The notes beneath the pieces are model-generated. The model made no database searches. It was not told the origin of the DNA and saw only the letters and a program-made list of their open reading frames with translations. DNA of 64,000 nucleotides from Azolla caroliniana (taxonomy: Eukaryota > Plantae > Polypodiophyta). This document shows, in pieces, positions 21,809 through 34,497 of the stretch; position 1 is the stretch's first letter; the number at the start of each line of letters is the position of its first letter. Both the position numbers and the translations under genes were made by a program. The DNA lies in the NCBI GenBank assembly GCA_043228905.1, contig JBHGNT010000010.1, forward strand, positions 4,960,001-5,024,000, given 5' to 3'.

Positions 21809-24800
21809 TCACCTCACTTTGAGGTTTCCCACTAGTAATAAAAGTGTTACTAAAAAAAAGAAATCAGGCGCGCCTGCCTCAATGATAAATGGTTTTTGCA
21901 TATCAATATAAGCTAGAACAAGAGCTGATGTAAATGCTTTCTTGAGACCTTCAAAAGCCGTGTCCACTTTGTTAGACCAAACAAATGATTGTCCCTTCTT
22001 TGTAAGTTGTGTGAGCGGTAAAATAAGCTTTGAGTAGTCCAGTATAAACTTGTGGTAGAAACTTGCAAATCCTAAAAAGCATTTCACATCTCGCAACGAA
22101 TGTGGAGTTTGCCACTCTAACACAGTTTGGACTTTAGCTGGATCCATAAATATGCCTTCCAAGGAGATGACATAGCCTAGAAATTCCACCTAGTTACAGT
22201 CAAAACTACATTATTCCAGCTTTGCATAAAGACCATGTTCTCGTAGTCGTCTTAGTACTAATAGTACATGAGAATCATGCTCCTCTTGTGTCTTTGAATA
22301 AATTAGTAGATCATCCAAGTAGATGTCCAAAAGATCTCCGAATATATCACTTGCCATGTGCTGGAAGACTATTGACGCATTGGTGAGGCCGAATGGCATA
22401 ACCGTATACTCGAAGTGCCCATATTGGTTGCGGAAAGTTCTCTTCCATTTGTCTCCTGGTTGGATCCATATGAGGTTATATGCTCCTCGTAAGTCAATTT
22501 TTGTGAAAAACTTTGCGCCATTAATCCTTTCTAAAAGACCGAGATCAAGGGAAGTGCATACCTATTCCTGATGGTGACCTTATTCAAGCCACGGTAATCC
22601 ATGACTAGCCAAAGTGAACCATCTTTTTTCTTGACGAAGAAAATAGGTGCGCCGGCTGGAGATTTCGAATGTCGAATGAACCAACTTGCCAAATTTTCCT
22701 CTATGTAGGCTCGAAGAACTTCAAGCTCGGTTGGTGACAAGTTGTAGATCGGTTCCCATGGTGGCTCTTTTCCTAGTTGTAAATCAATGGGAAAATCGTA
22801 CAGTCGATGGTGAGGAAGAGTACTAGCTTTTACCTTATCAAAAACATCGGCGTAATGATGATACTTCTTTGGAAGTTGAATTGTTGACTCCTCCTTAGCG
22901 GTGTTGGAAGGTTTCACTGATACTGCAAATACAAACATTGATTCCTTGCGTCCTTCCTCACGCAGTTGATGTAGCGAAATGGTTGAAATCTTGTGAGTAG
23001 ATTCTCGAGATTGTCGCTACCTAATTTCTCTTGTTCTCCAATCTATGTTCAGATTGAACAATGGTAACCCCAAAACAATTAGATGCTTTGGACTGCTAAT
23101 TATACTAAATGATACCACACACACCAAATTATTTAGGACAACACTAATCGGCCCTGACTCTTCTATGATATTTCCAGAAGCAATGGGGTGACCATCAATG
23201 ACAACTTGCTTCCTTCCTCAAGCAATTGATGTAGCGAAATGGTTGAAATCTTGTGAGTAGATTCTCGAGATTGTCGATACTTGATTTCTCTTGTTCTCCA
23301 ATCTATGTTCAGATTGAACCATGGTAATCCCAAAACAATTGGATGCTTTGGACTGCTAATTATATTAAATGATACCACACACACCAAATTATTTAGGACA
23401 ACACTAATCGGCTCTCACTCTTCTATGATATTTCCAGAAGCAATGGGGCAACCATCAATGACAACTATAGAAGCTGGGCAAGGGAGTTTTCTTGCAGATA
23501 TCTGATGAGCTTGGGCAAAATTCTTATCCATGAAACAAGAATTGGCTTCGGATTCTAGGAGTGCTAAGACATGTACTGGAGGGTTACTTTTAGTACTAAT
23601 TGTTACTTGAGCTAGGAAGACATTGCTAACTTGCTTAGAGGGAATGGAACCATTAATGGGCTGCACAGATCTAGGGTTGTCCAACCAAACGGCTCCTATT
23701 TTGGATGGACTTAGTCATTTAACTCTTCTTCTAGGTGACTAAGGACTTCAAATTTGTTTGATAGGCTTGGGCTATTAGGAATATCGGACACTCCTAATGG
23801 AATAGACTCGTGTTTAGTACTATTAGTACTAGCGGCTATTTGATTTACTTGTTGTCTTGTCCTATGAGGACAGTGCATTGCAATATGCCTCGGTCCACCG
23901 CAATAAAGATATAGTCAGTTTGTTCGGCGTCATTGCTTTTCCTCTTCTGATTGGTCCACGACGGTGTGTGGTGTCGATTTCCATTGGTGTTGGAGTATTC
24001 TTCGGAGACGCCTTATATGACTCCCTGGGAAAAGGTTTTTCTACAACTGCGGCATAGGCGGGCTCTGATCTTGTCCTTGACATTTGGAACTAACGTTCCG
24101 AACGTGGTTTGAAAAGCTAGTTATTGCATCGTACTGCTCGATTGATTGCTTCTGTGAGCGACTTTGGTTCTTTGGGGAAAGTCAAGAGTAGATCCTTGAC
24201 GTCATTACTAAGCCATAACAAAATTGCTCCATCAATGCTTGGTCCTCCCAGGGAATATCGGTGGCAAGAAGACGGAAATCCGCAGCATAAGCTGAGGTCA
24301 GCCGATCACCTTGATGCAGTCTTCGAATTTTGTTGATTGTCGTCGTAACGCTAATTATTACTAAGCCATAACGAAATTGCTCCATCAATGCTTGGTCATC
24401 CCAGGGAATATCAGTGGCGAGAAGACGGAAATCCACAGCATAAGCTGAGGTCGGTCGATCACCTTGACGCAGTCTTCAAATTTTGTTGATTGTCATCCTA
24501 ACGCTATTAGTATCTCCAAAACATGCTTTAAACTCGCTAATAAACTCCTCAAAATTATTTAATAAAGGAGAGTCTTTTTCTAACAAAGGGGCGAACCATG
24601 CCAAAGTTGTGCCACTAAGTGGCGTGTCTACTAATCCCACTCGTGATGCATCAGTGGGATATCGAGAAGGATGCATTTGAATCACCAAACGTACCTAATT
24701 AAGAAATCCTCTAAACTGTGATTGCGTGCCATTGAACTTCATAGGAAGACCGATCTTGGGTTCCCTGGGAGTTCCTTGAGTGCTTGGTCCCTATTGTTGC

Positions 24801-25487
24801 AATGACACAATAGTTGCTTCAAGTTGTTGCATGCGTAACGTCAACTCCCCATGTTGTTGTTGTTTTCTAGAGCTATTTGTTGAAGATCCCCCAATAAACG
24901 ATGATTTTCTTGTTCTAGAGCTACAAACTTTTCTTTTAAGCACTGGAGCTCCGAGAAAACGGATCGGTATTCTTGAGCACTAACAATTGCCATTTAGTAT
25001 TGGAGGAAGGAAGGATAAGAAGATGAGGAATTTGGTTCAAACTATCAGGGATAGCGTTAGAGGCAAGAAGAATTAGTACTAAAGATAAAGGAGAAGAACT
25101 AAGAAGGGAAAGAGTTTATGAGAATCACGAGATGGAAAGAGAGAGAGGGGGGGAGAGAGAGAGAAAATAATGACAACAAGAAGTATATTATATTATATGA
25201 AGAAAGATACAAGAACAACTAGGAAGCTTAAGGCTGGCTTTGAACCGAATTAGTTCTAAATAATGATATGTGTCTCTATTTATAGTACTCTCAGGATACT
25301 GAAGTTTCTAGAATGTTCCAGAGTATTCTGGAATATACATGAATTTCCTATGGTGAAATAATAAATGAAAATAATAGTTTTTGTATTATGATGCAATGGT
25401 TTAATGGTAAGGGTTCAACATATGTAACACAAGGTCATGGGTTCGAACCCTTTTGGAGCCAGAGCCATACCATGCCCTATCATGACA
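21809..25487 (-). mobile_element. Degenerate Tcn1/Tf1-sushi-like chromoviral Gypsy, truncated in RNase H; 5' LTR 25487-25043
   Basis: gag LAWFAPLLEKDSPLLNNFEEFISEF; [57 protein letters not shown]; LTR TGTCA...TGA(T)A; internal tandem duplications at ~22935-23465 and ~24205-24500. Confidence 0.88.
25029..25041 (-). promoter_or_regulatory. Self-priming-type primer binding site
   Basis: TTTGAACCAAATT, 1 nt after the LTR end, is complementary at 12/13 positions to AATTCGGTTCAAA (25251-25239), which lies ~33 nt downstream of TATAAATA (25284-25277). Confidence 0.75.
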
Positions 25488-26620
25488 TGACTTGTTTTCT
25501 AGATCATTCATTTTGACATACATACTTACATTAGAAGCACATTGCTTAAAGTCGTATGAATGTAAAAAATTGTTTGTCCTCTTGTTCCAATCTCTCAGTG
25601 CTTGTTTTAGACCATAAAATACCTTCTTCAACTTGTAGACTTTGTCTTCTGAATTCCGCATCTCAAACCTAGTGGTTGTGTCACACATACCTCCTCCTAG
25701 AGATGCCCATTCAGAAATGTTTGTTTGACATCCATTTGGTAAACTGACCATCCTCTTGAAACAACCAAAGTTATGATCGTTTGAATAGTTGTCATGTGAG
25801 ATGTTGGGGCAAAGGTTTCTTGTACATCGAACCCTTCGATTTGGGAGTATCCTTGCGCTACTAGCCTGGCCTTGAATTTCTCCAAAGACCCATTGACTTT
25901 ATACTTTACTTTCCCACACTCACTTGGTGCATATTACCATTTTCTTTGTTGGTATCTCTACCAACTCCCACGGGTCTATAATCATGATTTTGTCATATTT
26001 TGTTAGCATTGCCTATTTCCACTTTGGATTGAACATGGCTTCCTCCACCGAGATCGGGTCACTCCTTGAGCCTATGATGTCTACCATCAAAGCCATGTTG
26101 ACGATGTGGTCAGAGATTCTCCTTTGCTCCTCTATTCGTCTTGATCTTTGTAATTCATCAGTTGGAGTTTCAAGAAACTTAACTTTAGGAATATGACCAT
26201 CAAAGAGCTATTGAGCCCATTTAGGTATTTTCTTTGCATGTGGCACTAGCACAGGCTAAACCAACGAGTCATTGCCATGGGATGATTCAACTTCATTTCC
26301 TAGACAATGGGTCAACATTGGGTGGAATACTTCTTCAGTTCATGAGATAAATTGAGAATCCTTGTTCTCGGCTAGTTGTGGTTGTTCCTCATCAAACACC
26401 ACATTGCGACTCGTCAATATCTTTCTTGCCCCCTATATAATCAATAGGCCTTTGACTCTTCATTGTACCTAACAAAGATACACTTATTGTATTTAGCATC
26501 CAACTTCTTCCTATTGATGTCTATATCATGTGCGTAGCACGTACACCCAAAAGTGTCTAAAATGCAACACTAAAGGTTTCTTGCCCAAATTAAGCTTCTT
26601 GGGATGTTTTCCCATGAAAT
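25488..26620 (-). mobile_element. Ty1/Copia pol remnant (post-integrase region and RT), interrupted by the Gypsy LTR
   Basis: KFKARLVAQGYSQIEG, YQMDVKQTFLNG, VYKLKKVFYGLKQA; homology stops at the TGTCA LTR start. Confidence 0.88.
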
Positions 26621-28075
26621 GCCTTTGTATGATCAAAATGTTAAGTATCTAAAAAATATCGATCAAAATGTTAAGTATCTACCATATGGGATAAGAACCA
26701 TGAAGACATCAACACTAGAATATATAGGATCAAAATGTTAACTCTTCTCGACAAGATAACTAACGTTGACTTCATTCCATTGTCCTTTTCAAACTCGATC
26801 TATTGTAGGTTGTAGTACACTTGACATTATGGAATCCCATTGGCATCAAGATAAACTCAAATTGAATCCTTGAAATTTTGGATAGATCATGTCAACATTC
26901 ATTGAAGAAATGACTTTTCCCAACACATCACAAAATATTCAAAAGAACAAAAACGATGCAAAAAAGACAAGCGGCATACTCCTTTCCAATTTTCAAGTAA
27001 GAGTGAAGACATAAGAGCATGAAGTACAATCGGTTCTTAGCTACTTGTTGAAAATATACATGAGCGTTAGTTAAATTTCGTGCTTTTTTCAAGTAACTTT
27101 TTCATTGTTTAAGTTCGAGTTCATAGAAAATGAAATGAGTGACATTTTTAACTTTGCCACCTTCTACAAAAGAGAGAATTATAGTATGATTATATATGGT
27201 GCATTTCACTATTTAAAGTATCATCTTGGTGTAGAGTCTATATATATAATAATAAATTAGAAAAGTGTACCATGTTTGAGTTCATAATTTCAAGATGTAT
27301 ATGGTTGCTCGAAATATTATGTGCATTATCATGCACCGCTAAATCTATTGAGGTGCTCAAATTCTTTAATTAACACACATCACGAGTGAAAAATGTGACT
27401 TTTAATTACATTATTATAATGCGATTTTTGGCAACTCTATGTAAGTTTGATCATGTGCATATTAAAATGCATGCATGTACAGAATTGAGCTTTAGATGTG
27501 TAAAAAAGGAGAGACTACTACTATTTGATATATCATGGAAGGATCAAATTTTAACAATTATGATTGGTCATGCTAATAAGGATACAAAGAAAACAAGCGA
27601 TTACTGTTGGAACTAACATGTGTATTTATGCTATGAAGTAAGAGGAGACCTCAATGTTACCAAGGTTCAAAAACCAATTATCTTACGAGGCCCCAATGGT
27701 TGTGATGAATTATAAAAGTTACAATTGAGGATACTTCATAACAAAAAGATAGCATATATATATATAACATATAACACTATGTTCATCTAGATTTGTAGCT
27801 AATGTAGAGTTATTACATTCAACATTATAGCTCGTGCTAATTATGGTAATTACATTGTGATAATGTTATTAACAATAGTTATCATTTGTTATGTAATCAT
27901 GTGTGGCATAAATGGTGATAAAATTTGTCCATAAGAAAACATAAAACACAAGCTTGTTCCTAAAAGAATAGTTATCAATTTTAATGAAATCGGTACATAT
28001 TATATATAAGGGAAGTCTACACCCACATCTCCAAATTTCTAACCCTTTTTACTACAACCAAATAAAACTTTTCTC

Positions 28076-28106
<31 letters not shown>

Positions 28107-29389
28107 ATGGGCCAATTTTGATCTTAGAAGAATATGTTAATATATGTTTCTTTTCTTTCTTTCTCTCTCTCTAACTCTACAATAGCCCCTTTTCTGGTGA
28201 CTTCAAAAATCATCCAACTTTACCTAGGCAGGGAACATAGTTTAAGGTTTAGCTCCAAAAGAACAACATGATGTAAATATTCATGAAAATGTTTTGTTAA
28301 TTGTATGCATGAATAATGGTTGCCCTTGCTAGTACATATTCACCCTTTGGCACACGACAGTGTCAATTGGAGATTCATCACAACCATTCAATCATGTACA
28401 ATATTTCAAGAAAAAACTCAATAAATGAGTGAGGTCTTCCCATGTTGGCAATTGGATTGTTAGCAAACTACTTCAATAGTCACACAATGGCACGTCGAAA
28501 TGTAAACAATTGATATTAAAGCTTTTAACCGTAACACATCAATGTCTACAATTTTACTTATTTATTGTCATTACGACACACTCATGTAATTATATTGGTT
28601 CAATCTTGTGATGATTTTTCTCATATTGTCAATTATCTAGAATATTTGTGAATGTGTGTGAGAGAGAGAGAGACAGAGAGAGAGAGAGGTCTTTTTCACG
28701 TCCATTGGAGATCGATTACACTCTATGAAATGGGCCCTAGACATATGACACTCATGGTGGATTTCATATGTCCACTGGTAAAGTACCACCCATTTTGTTA
28801 TTCTTCAACAATATCATTCACATACAAACAATATTGGGCTTGTAGTAGGTGCTTACAATTTTGGCGACCAAAATTCTCCTCCAATCTCCATAATGAATAA
28901 TGTGCTTCACAATCTCTCGTTGTTCCTTTTCTAATTCCAACTATATTGTATTACTAGCTATCATAAAGCATTTCCATGTCAATTGTGAAATTATATATCA
29001 ATTGTGAGCCACACAACTTCCACATATGTTAGGAATTATAGAAGATTTTGCTCACATCCCCCAAATATACTTCCATTTCCACTTCATGTCACACACCAAG
29101 ATGTCCATACAAATGGATGGAGTAAATCACATAGACTTCTCCAAAGTAACGAAATTCACCATGGGCAAGGCTTTGTCTGATCAATTATAATTGTTTCTTA
29201 TGGGCATAAAAAATATATCTATATTATTTGCTAACATGAATCCAAACAAATTATTATAGCAAGATAGACACCCCTTGAATTAACATAAACTATTTATCAA
29301 AACTTGCACAATTTGTTTCAACAGCAGCTGAGTGGCGCGAGTAGCAGAGGAGCAGCAGAGCAGCGCGCCAGTCCCCAACAGAGGTCTGC

Positions 29390-32300
29390 GGTGTGAGCGT
29401 CTCACCAAGAGGTCCGGCACAGCAGAACAGCGGCGTAGGAGGTTTGACCCGCGCCAGGAGGCAACGGAAACGGAGCAGGAGCAGGAGCCGTTTTGAACCG
29501 CGACAACGCAAGGAGGAGGTCTGCAAACATGGGGGTCCAGAAGCCTCCCACTGCTCATTTCAACACAGAAGCCTCTCCTCCCCGCCGTTGCTGCATCACC
29601 CTCCTCCAGTTCGAGCAGTAGATCATTTAGGGTTTCCCCTCCCCCAACCCCCCCCCCCTCCCCCAGTTCGAGGAGTGGGCACAACTCGAGCAGTCCGACT
29701 CCGTCACTCATGGCACCTTCAAACATCGTCACTGTCGAACACATAGCACAAATAGGCCCCTCGATCGATAACGGAAAAATGCAAGATAAAAGCATCTCTA
29801 ATAACAGGGGTCCTGCTGAGATTATTTTCAATAACGAAGAGATGCTTCTACTTGAGCAAGAGATAGAGCGTCTTGAGCGAACAACGGTCATATGCCGCAT
29901 GATGGGATCACGACCAAACAGAGGGTTGTTGCGAGATATGTTGAAAGTTAAATTTCATTCACAACTACGTGGTATAAAAGAAGACCAACCGCTTGGTAAA
30001 GGGTTCTATCAAATCATACTAGAAGACAAGGATTCTGAAACGAACCTCATAGCACTATCTCCCTGCCAGGTCCGAAACACATGGTTGTTCATGCATAAAT
30101 GGACACATGATTTTAACCCAGAGAAAGACGCACAACAGGATGACTCCATGAAAAAGGTAACAATGTTGTTTCCTGGACTATCCTTAGAATACAACATGTT
30201 ACTTCCTACTATTGGCAACTCCTTTGGTATGATGTTGGATGAGGAACTAACGCTAGCAAACAGGCTAAAGAAGCACCTAGCCCCTCCCTCTATCCGCCTC
30301 TTGGTGCAAGACATCAATAAACTTCCCTCCAAGATCCTGGAAAAACGGAATACAGATTGAACAACGCATAGAAGTGATTGGCACACCGGGGCAATGTTTT
30401 GCATGTAAAAAACTTGGTCATTTAAAAAAGAACTGCCCCACAAGACGTATTAAAGATCCTACAAAGCAGACTCTAGAATGTCAGGACACCATAAGACATC
30501 AGAAGCCTCCCCCACCACGACCCGACAAGGCTATGATGGAATGGCGAGTGGTGGAAAAAACCCATGTCCTTCGAAAAACATCATCGGCACAAAATCCTCC
30601 ATCGCCTATGAGCCCCAATCGATTTGATCTACTACAAGAGCTTCCCCCCACGGACGAGCATTCCCCTAGTTCTTTCTTAAGCCCCAAGGAACCGCCTAAG
30701 GTGACACCAAGCACACAAGAGAAAATTCTCGTTAAAGCTTACAAAACAAGGAAGCAAAGACGAATAAGTCATGTAAAGACCTTAATAAGGAGCTTGAGTG
30801 GAACGACACCCAATGCAGAAGCAACAAACCAAGGCAGAAGTTTAAATGTCACGCCTCAGATCATAGTTTTCCCGGACACAAATGAGTGCGCTTCCTCTAG
30901 CCAAGACCTTGAACCACACCCGCAAAACGCCTTGAAATGGCTAGGTATAGGGTTCAAGACAGTGGAAAAAATAACGGTACATGTATCAGCGGTACACAAT
31001 AATGGAGTTCCGACGACCTCAATCTCCTTTCCACTCTTGCTTCCGACACAGGAAGATTGGTCGAAATCCAAGATTAAAGATACGTTATGTAGCCAAGCAG
31101 CATGCTTTGTAGCAAGAGTAAGAGATGAAGAGCTCATGAACGAACTAAAGCAGCATTGGCATAACACTGAATTCTGGTGCACCATGGATGAAGAGGAAAC
31201 TCATATTTTCCATATCCACCTGCGGACTATCATAGACGCCCAACTAACTCCAAGCTTTTTCTTTTTCTATGAGAAGCATGAAGGGGTGATTGAAGCTCAC
31301 AGAATAGCCTACAAACTCCACTCATGGATGTGGACCACTATTCCATCAATGGAAATGACTGGATGTCTAAATGGTGAGTACTCCCCACTCACGGCATGTT
31401 CTGCAAAGCATCAGGCACAAATGGCAATCTCCCACCCCATTCCATGAGTATGAAGATTGTAACATGGAACGTGCAAGGGCTCAAGAGTTGACTAGACCAA
31501 CAAAATAGATGGAAACTGAGAAGAGATCTTGAGGAATATATATTAGGGGGCGCTGCTAACATCATCATGTTGCAGGAACACCACCTTGATAGTACTCGTT
31601 CAAAGGAAGTTGAAGATCTTTTACCAGGATCATGGCGAACAATTTGGGAGCCAGCAATAGGGGCGGATGGAAATCATGGTGGTATTTGCACTTTGATTCG
31701 GGAACATCTAGCCCAAGATTTAATACACCAGGAATCATTGATACCTGGAAGGGCACATTTTTGCACGTTGGCCATCCAAGGGCAATATTGGAATTTCATG
31801 AATGTCTATGCTCCAAACAACAACACAAAACGGGCAACATTCTGGGAGCACATTCGCCAACAAGTAGCAAGTGCAGAGGAGTGGTGCAATGGAGGGGATT
31901 TTAATATGATCGAATCCATCCATGATAGCTCTAACAACAATCCCAGAGTCCTACAAGGAAGGGAACGTAAACAATGGGAGAAGTTATGTGTACACCTTAA
32001 CTTGCGAGATATATGCCATTCCGACAACTTCCAACGAAAAAGGGACTCTCTCTTATTCTCCTGATTAGATGCGAGAAATAGTGGACCCACTCTATCTCGC
32101 ATCGATCGTCTTTATGTAGGCGAGGCCCTAGAAGCAAAGGGAGGGTGGTGTTGCATAACTCCAAGCACAACTTTCTCCGACCATTACCCGGTAATCAGTC
32201 ACTTTCACTTGCACCGAAAGTGGGGCTCATTCCAACCTCGAATCCCACACACTATCTACACAATTATAGAGGTGAAGGAACAACTCGCTAACCAATGGTC

Positions 32301-34497
32301 ACTACCCGTCAATGCCTCATTAGCATCTGACAAACTTCTAGCTAAATTATCAAGATCTTCAACTCTACTACATGAGATTGTCAAGACTAGAAGTAAGGAT
32401 GCTCAGGAAAAACGACAAAGGACAAAACGGGGATTAATAGCCTTACAACGACTTCAACAATGATACCCGACATGTAGTTGGCTTGCGGGACAAGTTGCCA
32501 TGGCCAAACAGGAACTCATCATGGAAAAAAAGGCAATCTATGACATGGAGTTTCATGGAAGCATGGCTCGATGTATTCGAGTAGGGGACAAAACCACGAA
32601 GGAATTCTTTCGATCCAAGGGACCAAGACACCCTAGAACAATGATGCCAACCATGGAGGATGGTAACGAAATGAGGAATATTGCCACAAGTTACTTTAAG
32701 CGACTACTTACTGAAGATAATAAGGCCATAGGGAAAGACATAAGAGAATATATTATCCTCCAGAGCATACTTGAGAAAGTCACGACAGAAATGAATACAT
32801 GGCTCGTGCATCCCCTATCAATCATCGAGATATGGGAGGCCCTCTCGTATTTGGATGCAAATAGCTGCCCCGGAATCGACGGCCTCACCCCTCACTTTTT
32901 CACGTGCCTTTGGGACACTATTAAAGAAAATCTTCTCCAAGCATATGAGGAGATCATCACCACTGGAAACATGCCAGAGGAATTTGGACAGGGGATGATA
33001 CATCTCATTCCTAAAAGTAGTGGAAGTGCCAATGACATTAGTAAGTGGTAGCCCATAACTCTCCTCAATACTGTCTATAAGTTTCTCGCAAAAATCGTGG
33101 CACGCCGCTTAGCACCACTTCTCCCTCAGCTCATTCATCCATCCCAAACAGGTTTTGTTAGAAATTGGAGCATCCTAGACAATCTATTCTCATTTTGGGA
33201 AGTAGTAACCCTTGCTATGTGTACCAACAACAAGGTAGTTGTGGTGCTCCTAGGTTTTGAGAAAGCATATGACAGGGTATGCTGGAAATTTCTAGAAAGT
33301 GTGATGGGGAAACTCGGCTTTCACGAATCATGGATCAAAGGCATTGCAGGACTTTATAGGAACGCCACCGGTTGTGTTTCACTAACAGGTGAAAGGGGCC
33401 CTTTCTTCTGAATATCGCAGTCTCTACGATAGGGCTGCCCATTGGCTCCATCCTTATTTCTATTATACGCCGAAGCACTCTCTAACTTTCTCAACTCGCG
33501 ACATCTAAGCCTACGTGATATTCATGTGCTGCATTCTCACCAAAGCCTCCTAGATATAGAATTTGTAGATGACACCGCGGTCTACTTGCAAGGCGACTTG
33601 GAAAATTTCCAAAAGTTAGAAAGTGGTCTAGACGTATTTTGCAAGCGATCCAATGCCATGATCAATTGGCACAAATCTTGTGCAATATGGGTCTCTCATG
33701 ATGCACATCCTGCGTGGCATCCAGATCCCGCTTTCAAGTGGATCAATCAAGGTGAGAGCACCAAATATTTGGGTTTCCAAATTGGTTTCAGCATACCTCC
33801 GGAGACTATGATTACACCAATCATTCACTCCATACGACAAAAGTTAATACATTGGAGTTTGAGAAAACTCTCTCTAGCGGGGCGCATCATAGTGGCAAAC
33901 CAGGTATTACTCGCGACAAGATGGTACAACCTATCATGATGGACAATCTCTAAGGAAAGTATACACCAGATTCAACGACTGGTACACAACTACATTTGGT
34001 CTAGTAAGGAAGATCATGCAACTCGGGCCAAGGTGGCATGGCCTATACTCACATCACCTAAGTCAAGAGGAGGATTGGGTCTTATTGATCCCCTCTCACA
34101 ATCAAAAGCCCTACTAGCCAAATTTGTGGTGCGAGGACTCCATCCGGGGAATGACTACTGGAAAATGTTATTGCGCTTACCCGTCACTTACTTTTGGCCA
34201 CGAAAAGGTACTAATTGGGCCCCCTAAACTAGATGGATTCTAAACATGGATCTCAAACCTAGTTTCTCCTGCCAACTGGAGGATAGATTTAGTGCATCCA
34301 TGTGGAAGGCGTGGTGTGACATTAGACGAGGACTCAAGTGCGATCAACCCAATTCCGAACCTGCCTGGCTCAGTCAACGGATCTTTTGGAACCCATGTAT
34401 TAGGGATGAATTTGATCTACTAATTGGATCAAGTAAGGGGCTGTCATGGGGATACATGTCGGAAGGTCCAGGAAAAAGTAAAGAATGTTGGAGACAG
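29390..34497 (+). mobile_element. L1-clade LINE, copy 2, degenerate; ORF1 to 31447, ORF2 from 31444, cut at 34497
   Basis: ORF1 with DUF4283/RRM-like region (LGKGFYQI, WLFMHKW) and CCHC knuckle; ORF2 APE plus RT (FVDD); 5' boundary approximate. Confidence 0.93.

Noticed and set aside
25390-25461. Functional tRNA gene
   Set aside because: Acceptor and anticodon stems do not pair; only promoter-box similarity, so reported as a finding instead.
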